Virus record (IMG/VR): IMGVR_UViG_3300020477_000990
Location: 62,001-126,000 of that record
Reading direction: 5' to 3' (one strand)
DNA length: 64,000 nucleotides
The notes beneath the pieces were generated by a model. That model had not been told where the DNA came from. It saw nothing but the letters and a program-made list of their open reading frames with translations, and searched no databases. This document shows, one piece after another, positions 57,871 to 64,000 of this stretch. Position 1 is the first letter of the stretch; every line of letters begins with the position of its first letter. The position numbers were made by a program, and so were the translations under genes.

Positions 57871-58620
57871 TTATTTGTAGTTTTTAATTACATTTTCTGA
57901 GTAGTCATTCAATGCACTTCTATCGTATCCACCGTCAACATTTGTATCAATTAATGAATGCATTATGAAGTCTGCCATTATATTATGTTTTTCTTGTGTG
58001 TTAAAATGATTTTCACATGACTCAATGTCTTCTATAGAGCACCCGTCCATAGTTGCAATGCTCATACAACTTGGTCTTATTTCTAAACCATTTTCCCAAG
58101 TATGCAAATATTTTATATTATCAGGATGATAGTCAGTAACATTATGCCCATAAGACCATAAGTGAATTATTTTTCTGTCGGTTGGAATTTTACTCAAAAC
58201 AGTTTGATCAAACCAAAACAAACAAGATTGATATTCAGCTATTTCTTTTTTATCATCTTGAATATATTTAAAATATTTTTCACTTGCATCTACATATTCA
58301 TCTTTAACTTTACCTTTTTTCCACCATACTTTTTTTGGATCAGGGTTTAAATGAATACCATCTTTGTTATAAATTCTAGCACTAGAAGTCCAGCAAAATA
58401 TTAATATATCTGGAACATTAATAATACCTTCTTCGTTTGGTTTTAATGTAAATTGATTTAATGGAATATCCCAATATGATGTTCCACCTTGCCCAGAATG
58501 AACAATGTCTAGATTAAATTTTTCTGCAACAATGTGAGGCCAAGTTTTGAGATCACCTTTTTTTTCTTTCCAAACTTCTACAAAGCTATCTCCGTATAGG
58601 CCAATTTTAATATGACTCAT
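57871..58620 (-). CDS. SGNH/GDSL-like hydrolase or acyltransferase
   Basis: YGDSF block I, WP..V, GQGG, NHF near the C-terminus. Confidence 0.55.
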   Translation of the reverse strand: MSHIKIGLYGDSFVEVWKEKKGDLKTWPHIVAEKFNLDIVHSGQGGTSYWDIPLNQFTLKPNEEGIINVPDILIFCWTSSARIYNKDGIHLNPDPKKVWWKKGKVKDEYVDASEKYFKYIQDDKKEIAEYQSCLFWFDQTVLSKIPTDRKIIHLWSYGHNVTDYHPDNIKYLHTWENGLEIRPSCMSIATMDGCSIEDIESCENHFNTQEKHNIMADFIMHSLIDTNVDGGYDRSALNDYSENVIKNYK

Positions 58621-58633
58621 ACTTATATTTATT

Positions 58634-59224
58634 TTAAGTTTTGTATACTTCGTGAACGTAATTGTAGATGTCTTCCCAATTGTTAACTTTTTTAACTTTT
58701 GGATTTGAATATTGTACGTTGTACGGATGGTTCATTAATATAGGATGAAGATTTTGCTTTAATGCTGTTTCAATATTAATGATTCTATCATCAATGAAAA
58801 GTAAATTATTATTTTTAAACTCTTCTAATGCTTCAGATTTATCAGCACCTGCTGGTAAACATTTAACATCAATAAAAGTTTCCACATCAAAATAATCTTC
58901 AAGGTTTAAGTAGCGATAGTATTGTGCAATAGGTTTATCACTTAAAGAAGTAATAGCAATAAATTTAAAGCCTTCTTCTTTAAGTTTAGGAATCCATATC
59001 TCTGCTTCACGTAAAGGTTCTAAAATTGAACACGCCATTGACGAATTAAATTCTTCTCTCTTTATCATTCCTTCTTGAAATGCTATTCCAAACTCGTTAT
59101 GTATCTCTGCATCATGATGTATTACACCTGTTGATGAATAGCCTTGAAGTTCCATCCATTTAACAAATGCTGTATGCCAATCAAATACAACGCCGTCAAT
59201 GTCAGTTAAGATAATTTTTTCCAC
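58634..59224 (-). CDS. HAD-family nucleotidase-like phosphatase
   Basis: LTDIDGVV, AITS, FIDDR..N, HPYN; GTG start with AGAGG RBS. Confidence 0.8.
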   Translation of the reverse strand: MEKIILTDIDGVVFDWHTAFVKWMELQGYSSTGVIHHDAEIHNEFGIAFQEGMIKREEFNSSMACSILEPLREAEIWIPKLKEEGFKFIAITSLSDKPIAQYYRYLNLEDYFDVETFIDVKCLPAGADKSEALEEFKNNNLLFIDDRIINIETALKQNLHPILMNHPYNVQYSNPKVKKVNNWEDIYNYVHEVYKT

Positions 59225-59564
59225 GATATAATACCTCTCTCTGTATAATATTTAATGTGAATGAGATGTATATTATCTGCAGGATAATTGAAATTAAAAA
59301 TATCTTTCTTTAAGTATTAAGAAAACCATTTATAACATATTTTTATGGAGGTCTGTGTGGGATAATTACATACACCTACTAGGCAAAAAGAGTTCATTAA
59401 ATTGAAGCTCATATATAGTTAGGTTTATTATTAGTAAGTTAGCTACGATAATCGTTTAAAAATGCTTATAAATTTACTTACATTATAAACAATAATAACC
59501 TATAATGTTAGAGGCTAGACGACTTATAATAGTTTAAAAATGTCTTTTATAATGCCTCATTAGA

Positions 59565-59655
59565 GAGAACCTTAGATGTTCTCATTTTAGGAAGCCACAG
59601 TTTGCTTCCATTTAGGAAGACTTAGATTCTTCCATTTCGTAGACATTTGGTCTAC
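59565..59655. repeat. Array of four 6-bp hairpins at 24-25-nt spacing
   Basis: GAGAAC-CTTAGAT-GTTCTC; GGAAGC-CACAGTTT-GCTTCC; GGAAGA-CTTAGAT-TCTTCC; GTAGAC-ATTTG-GTCTAC; ATTT linkers. Confidence 0.85.
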
Positions 59656-59701
59656 ACCGAAGGTGTACTAAAGTACTTAAAATGGCCTTCTTGCAGTTAT
59701 A

Positions 59702-59735
59702 CCTCGGCCGTCGATGACATAAGCCCGAGGTTTTT
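59702..59735 (+). terminator. Terminator-like hairpin closing the non-coding region
   Basis: CCTCGG...CCGAGG followed by T5. Confidence 0.55.
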
Positions 59736-59795
59736 GCATATAATACGCAACAATTTAACAAATATGGTTAAATAACTTTAAGGAACCTAAATAAT

Positions 59796-60056
59796 ATGGC
59801 TCGTAAAAAGCAAACCTACACTATCGGTGACATTCCTAAAGCAAAAGAAGTGAAGAAAGTAACTCACACTATTCCTTCAACGCCTAAAAAATCATCTAAG
59901 CCAAAGAAAACAACTAAAATTAATAAGAAGATATCTAAAAGAGAAAAATTTCACGATTACCAGCAGGAAGAATCTAAAGGCATTGTAATGAACAATGCGT
60001 TTGCAGAAGCCTTTGCAAAAGCTGGGATAACAAAAGAAAGTTTTAATAAAAAGTAA
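59796..60056 (+). CDS. Lys-rich small basic protein
   Basis: AGGA RBS; TAAATA boxes upstream; PKK/KK-rich tract. Confidence 0.6.
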   Translation: MARKKQTYTIGDIPKAKEVKKVTHTIPSTPKKSSKPKKTTKINKKISKREKFHDYQQEESKGIVMNNAFAEAFAKAGITKESFNKK

Positions 60057-60245
60057 TTACTTTTTAGGTTTAAACTGAGTAAGTTTAGTTACTTTACCTT
60101 TTGCAACATCAACTGATCTACTAACTTTACTACCAACACCTTTAACACCGTCTACTGCTTTAGACGTAATGCCTTTAGCACCGTCAGTAATTTTAGATCC
60201 CGCTTTCTTAATAGGGTCTGTAATTTTTTTAAATAAGTTTTTCAT
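60057..60245 (-). CDS. Basic peptide with 11-residue amphipathic repeats
   Basis: KKAGSKITDGA/KGITSKAVDGV/KGVGSKVSRSV/DVAKGKVTKLT. Confidence 0.6.
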   Translation of the reverse strand: MKNLFKKITDPIKKAGSKITDGAKGITSKAVDGVKGVGSKVSRSVDVAKGKVTKLTQFKPKK

Positions 60246-60251
60246 AATGTA

Positions 60252-60473
60252 CTATTTATCTAGATTTTCTACTATTACAGGTAGTACAGGATAATTATCT
60301 TCTACTGTACGTTCTTCTTCAGTAGTTATTGCCTTAGGCATAACAAATGTCTTTTGAATGCTTATATCTGGCATATCATTGAAGCTATTGCCCGAAATAC
60401 TTACTTTAGTACCACTACAAGCTGTTAATAACAGCAATACTAATATAATTATAACTAACCAAAATACTCTCAT
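60252..60473 (-). CDS. Small lipoprotein
   Basis: Hydrophobic leader and lipobox LTAC. Confidence 0.65.
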   Translation of the reverse strand: MRVFWLVIIILVLLLLTACSGTKVSISGNSFNDMPDISIQKTFVMPKAITTEEERTVEDNYPVLPVIVENLDK

Positions 60474-60658
60474 GTAGAAGTTTTACCGCTAAATCCTTTA
60501 GCTACTTTACCCTTATTAGGACCTTTTTTGATAACATAACTTTGTGTACCATGCCCACCAATTTCAACTTCTTTACGTAAAGTCCTATGAAGTACTTTTT
60601 CTTTATTCTTTTTTTGAAGATTCTTACTATGTGCTTCTAATCCTTTAGTATCTCTCAT
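60470..60658 (-). CDS. Small basic hypothetical protein
   Basis: Coupled ORF in the minus-strand operon. Confidence 0.55.
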   Translation of the reverse strand: MRDTKGLEAHSKNLQKKNKEKVLHRTLRKEVEIGGHGTQSYVIKKGPNKGKVAKGFSGKTST

Positions 60659-60660
60659 AA

Positions 60661-60894
60661 CTAATCCTTTTTAGAAAATATATCGCCGTACTTGGATCTA
60701 AAAGATGCAACACGACCTTTTTCTTTAACACGTTTTGCTTTGCCTGGATTCCATGCTGGATGATCTGTTGGATCGGTTTCTAGTTTCATTACATCACCTT
60801 CTTTACCCCATGTTGATTTTGTTTTAAAGGTAGTACCATCAGTTCGTTGAACGATGATCATATGGTAGTCAGGATGTGTACCGTCTTTTTTCAT
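60661..60894 (-). CDS. rpmE: Ribosomal protein bL31, Cys-free alphaproteobacterial type
   Basis: [34 protein letters not shown]....GRV..F..KY. Confidence 0.9.
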   Translation of the reverse strand: MKKDGTHPDYHMIIVQRTDGTTFKTKSTWGKEGDVMKLETDPTDHPAWNPGKAKRVKEKGRVASFRSKYGDIFSKKD

Positions 60895-60895
60895 A

Positions 60896-61108
60896 TTACT
60901 CCAATATCAATTTATTAATGGACCATGATCCATCAATGTTTTGCTCTAGCTCTGCTTTAGATCTGATACATTTATATTGTATCTGATTTTTGGCTTGTCT
61001 TTCGGCTACTCTCTTGCCTTTTAAACATTCGGACATAGAGTCTTGTATTCTATGTTCCTTAATCTCATGATTAACAAACATTAAAAGAGCTATAACTGTT
61101 TCGATCAT
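60896..61108 (-). CDS. Small hypothetical protein (two Cys, hydrophobic N-terminus)
   Basis: [25 protein letters not shown]; GGAG RBS. Confidence 0.6.
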   Translation of the reverse strand: MIETVIALLMFVNHEIKEHRIQDSMSECLKGKRVAERQAKNQIQYKCIRSKAELEQNIDGSWSINKLILE

Positions 61109-61515
61109 TTATTATCTCCATTAGCAAAATCTCTCTGCTTATCTTTTAACTTCTCAATATCTGTTGCCATCTTTTCAACTTGTTTAGTTAAGAAGTCAAT
61201 GTTAACTTTGTTAGTCATATTTGATTCTAGAATCTTTTCCATTTTTTCCACAGATTTATATAAGTCTTCAACTAACATAAAAAGTTCTGCTTCACCAGAT
61301 GATTTACCTAACTCACCACGTGGATATTTGATTCTAAATTCTGTATTTTGTTCTAAATCTTTTTCAATTAAAGTTAATTTTGTGCTATGCTGATTAAGTT
61401 GTTCAGTAACACCAAAGTAAGCCCAAACTCCAATACATACGGCACCAATTATGGCAATCATATTACGGATTGGCATACTAATAGAAGTGTTATCTGATAC
61501 ATCTAATCGTTTCAT
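61105..61515 (-). CDS. Membrane-anchored coiled-coil protein
   Basis: One TM helix (MIAIIGAVCIGVWAYFGV) then heptads. Confidence 0.65.
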   Translation of the reverse strand: MKRLDVSDNTSISMPIRNMIAIIGAVCIGVWAYFGVTEQLNQHSTKLTLIEKDLEQNTEFRIKYPRGELGKSSGEAELFMLVEDLYKSVEKMEKILESNMTNKVNIDFLTKQVEKMATDIEKLKDKQRDFANGDNK

Positions 61516-61538
61516 AGCGATTAGTATTTATTTGATTG

Positions 61539-61697
61539 CTACATGAATAAAGGTGAGAAGAAAAACAGGTCATACAACCAATATGCTAGTATTCCGTATA
61601 CTAGACCTTTTATGAAAGAAACCCAAGCTAATCCATACCAGCTCATACCAGTTATTTTCATGAATTTCTCACACATCTTTTTATGCCAGTTAATCAT
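61539..61697 (-). CDS. Small membrane protein
   Basis: ATG 61697 (MINWHKK...) preferred over the track start. Confidence 0.5.
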   Translation of the reverse strand: MINWHKKMCEKFMKITGMSWYGLAWVSFIKGLVYGILAYWLYDLFFFSPLFM

Positions 61698-61726
61698 ACT
61701 AATATTTATTTGATAAGTATACGTAT

Positions 61727-62431
61727 ATGTTAGAAGATTATCGTAAATTATGGGAAAGTCAAATAGATGAATTAAATAAATCTGAGTCTCCCATTCCAAG
61801 ATTATTAGCAAATAGATTTACTAGTAAAAGATTTGATACAACACCTGTACCTGAAAAGCATATGAAAGAAATAATGGATTCCATACAATGGACACCATGC
61901 AAAGGGGCTGTTCAAACATTTAAAGTTTGGGCAATAACAGATAGTTCTGAGGGCAAAGATCTTAAGCAAACAATATATAAAGAAGTTGCTACAACGTCAC
62001 CATTAAAAGCAAAAGAACTATTAGGCGAAGTAACTAATCCACAAGTACTTGCTCCGTTAGTATTAGTATTTTGGTCATATAGATATGGTGAAGAAGATGG
62101 TTATACAGGTTATGATATAGAGCAAAAAGAAATAATTGAAGGTCAACTAAACAGCAATTATGATGGACATAATACTGATCCAATTGCAATGGCGGCAATG
62201 AATGCTATACTAACTGCTGAATCATTAGGGCTTAATACTGCTTATTGTAAATGCTTTAATGAGCATGGATCAAAAAAGTTATTAGCTGGTAATAAAGATA
62301 AAAACTATAAACAATTAGAACTAATGGTAGGTATTGGTTACAACAGTATAGAAACTGCACAAAATAGAAAATGTTTTAATATTGGTAATGCTAATGCAAA
62401 AACAAGAACAGATTTATTTACTATAGTGTAA
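61727..62431 (+). CDS. Nitroreductase-family flavoprotein
   Basis: RFTSKRFD..PV, TP, AAMNAILTAESLGLNTAY, VGIGY. Confidence 0.75.
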   Translation: MLEDYRKLWESQIDELNKSESPIPRLLANRFTSKRFDTTPVPEKHMKEIMDSIQWTPCKGAVQTFKVWAITDSSEGKDLKQTIYKEVATTSPLKAKELLGEVTNPQVLAPLVLVFWSYRYGEEDGYTGYDIEQKEIIEGQLNSNYDGHNTDPIAMAAMNAILTAESLGLNTAYCKCFNEHGSKKLLAGNKDKNYKQLELMVGIGYNSIETAQNRKCFNIGNANAKTRTDLFTIV

Positions 62432-62750
62432 CGCCAGGCGCTTCAGCAATATTTTGATAATCAACTAAATCATAAAACTCATCTTTAGTTAATAAAACAC
62501 CCATTTCTTTTAATTCTTCCCAATTGTCATTTAAATGACTTAATAAATGATCACGTTGTTCATGAACACCTTGCTCTACATCTTGATCCCATTCATTTAT
62601 TTCATAGATAGAATCTAGTCGCTCATCTATTTCAAGTATTTTTGCTACAATCAAATGACTTTGGTTAATTAATTCCCGGTATTTTTTATGATCCAGTTTT
62701 AGTTTTATTATTAATTCATCATATTTTCTTTTCATAAAAGTATTTAGCAT
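62421..62750 (-). CDS. Hypothetical helical protein
   Basis: 109-aa ORF with an upstream CTAAATA box. Confidence 0.55.
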   Translation of the reverse strand: MLNTFMKRKYDELIIKLKLDHKKYRELINQSHLIVAKILEIDERLDSIYEINEWDQDVEQGVHEQRDHLLSHLNDNWEELKEMGVLLTKDEFYDLVDYQNIAEAPGVTL

Positions 62751-62771
62751 AGAAAATGACGTATTTTCTCA

Positions 62772-62800
62772 TTGACATCGTCCAATAATTCAGCTATTAT
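62772..62800 (+). promoter_or_regulatory. Sigma70 promoter TTGACA-N17-TATTAT
   Basis: Upstream of 62807..63043. Confidence 0.55.
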
Positions 62801-62806
62801 TTTATT

Positions 62807-63043
62807 ATGTTTATAGATAATGAAAAAGAAAATACTGAATTAATTTATGATGAATACATGACCTTCACATTTAATTTAATTAAAGAAGGAACTGATCCTC
62901 TACAATGTGCTGGAGTAATGATGGCTCAAGCATTAATGCATTATAAATCAGCATTAAGCCATGATGAGTATAATAAAATGGTTGAATTAATGTATGACTC
63001 TAAAGATTCTGTAAAGCAATTTCCAAAGCCAAAGTTGAATTAA
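62807..63043 (+). CDS. Hypothetical protein
   Basis: ORF directly after a promoter. Confidence 0.6.
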   Translation: MFIDNEKENTELIYDEYMTFTFNLIKEGTDPLQCAGVMMAQALMHYKSALSHDEYNKMVELMYDSKDSVKQFPKPKLN

Positions 63044-63900
63044 AAGTTAAATAATTTACGATTAACTGAATTATTGTTAATAATTAAATTATTTTTATTA
63101 TATTTTAGTTCATTATTTTTATCTAAGTTAAATGTTTTAGATATAAGATCCCAATCTTCCCAAAATAATTTTTTATTTTTAATTAATTTTATCTTTTCGT
63201 CAGTTGAATTAAACATTTTTCTTGCAGTACCTTTACCAGGAACAATAGGGTTGTCTCCACCTCCTTGATAATATTGATCCCCTAGTAATATTTTTGCATC
63301 AGATTGACTATAATCTCCTTTTAAATCTTCATAAAATGCAATATGATTTATTGTTAAAGGATAAAAATGTAATAATGAATAATCAATTGTTAATTCTTTA
63401 ATAAAATCAATAGCCATTTTGTGATTATAATCTATTTCACCTGTTTTTAATAAGTCTTTTATTATTTCTTTATTCAAATCACACAAAATACCTCTACTAA
63501 TACTTTTCTTATCTTTTCCTTTTCCTAGTATATCCCAATGCTTTCCACCTTCTGGTAGCAATATTTGAGTATGCACTAAAAAGGATAAAAATACTTCAAA
63601 TATATTCTTTCTAATTAATAATATAGTATGATAATACTCTTTTTTTAATTTTCTATCTAGATATGGTAATGCTTTGTAAAAATCAACAGCCATTTGCGGA
63701 CTACTTATAATAACATTATGCTCATCTTTTATTTTAGCTTTTTCATATAGGTTATAATTCGTCAATTTTGATCTATAATAATTTCTCATATTAATAGGCT
63801 TATATCCTCGCGGTGCTTTATATTCAGCTATTAAATCACTACCGTAGGTACTCCCATTGTGACTTAACCCTATAAAAATGATATCTTTATCTTTGCTCAT
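63040..63900 (-). CDS. Possible sulfotransferase-like (Stf0/P-loop) protein
   Basis: GLSHNGSTY resembles the 5'-PSB loop; LLIRKNIFEVFLS resembles the 3'-PB segment; FYEDL. Confidence 0.4.
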   Translation of the reverse strand: MSKDKDIIFIGLSHNGSTYGSDLIAEYKAPRGYKPINMRNYYRSKLTNYNLYEKAKIKDEHNVIISSPQMAVDFYKALPYLDRKLKKEYYHTILLIRKNIFEVFLSFLVHTQILLPEGGKHWDILGKGKDKKSISRGILCDLNKEIIKDLLKTGEIDYNHKMAIDFIKELTIDYSLLHFYPLTINHIAFYEDLKGDYSQSDAKILLGDQYYQGGGDNPIVPGKGTARKMFNSTDEKIKLIKNKKLFWEDWDLISKTFNLDKNNELKYNKNNLIINNNSVNRKLFNF

Positions 63901-63931
63901 TGTATATGTATTTAACTACCATTGAATTAAC

Positions 63932-63962
63932 TTGACTTTTCCGCAGAAAACTGCTATAAATA
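63932..63962 (+). promoter_or_regulatory. Composite promoter: TTGACT-N17 with TGC-TATAAATA
   Basis: -35 at 63932-37; TATAAATA at 63955-62; ATG at 63969 of a gene running out of the window. Confidence 0.6.
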
Positions 63963-64000
63963 TAGAGTATGGAAAAGAAAATAAAGAAATTATTATCAAA

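Noticed and set aside
59565-59655. Mini CRISPR array
   Set aside because: Units are about 25 nt in total with no constant repeat plus unique spacer organisation, and no cas genes are present
61727-62431. BluB (B12 lower-ligand synthase), tempting given the B12 genes
   Set aside because: Only generic nitroreductase features are visible; I cannot identify BluB-specific motifs
753-63268. Numerous 60-115-aa ORFs antisense to or nested in long genes (e.g. 753..947, 3000..3215, 15986..16333, 34587..34922, 52204..52527)
   Set aside because: Shadow ORFs with no motifs or RBS, fully overlapping well-supported genes
1-64000. Integrase, transposase, reverse transcriptase or homing endonuclease
   Set aside because: No ORF shows the relevant motifs; no mobile element is called

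Overview
An AT-rich, densely packed window that most likely comes from a large T4-like (myovirus-type) marine phage infecting an alphaproteobacterium, plausibly SAR11-like. Evidence for a phage: two tail-fibre/structural genes (48.9-53.9 kb), a run of tiny early-type ORFs (30.6-33 kb), T4-type TATAAATA late-promoter boxes at operon heads, and a T4 DsbA/GapR-like protein. Evidence for the host: a permuted two-piece tmRNA with tag ADENLALAA, an alphaproteobacterial-type bL31, and the SufB sequence. No capsid, terminase or polymerase gene lies in the window, so the phage call is an inference. Most of the window is an unusually large set of tailoring enzymes: 10 radical SAM proteins (7 with an N-terminal twitch domain, 1 cobalamin-dependent), 13 Fe(II)/2-oxoglutarate oxygenases (3 TauD-like, one with a halogenase-like HxA motif), 3 QueC-like ATPases, a carbamoyltransferase, SET, GNAT, kinase-like and sulfotransferase proteins, and 2 desaturases. 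These sit with genes for cofactor supply (SufB/C/D, Fpr, a BtuB-like receptor and a DUF6580-type membrane protein). There are five tRNAs, two of them unusual (Arg-GCG, and a CAG-anticodon tRNA lacking the Leu variable arm). Two ORF-free structured regions of about 500 nt (45.4-45.9 kb and 59.25-59.74 kb) are not explained by any gene. All family assignments come from motif recognition by eye; no database searches were run.
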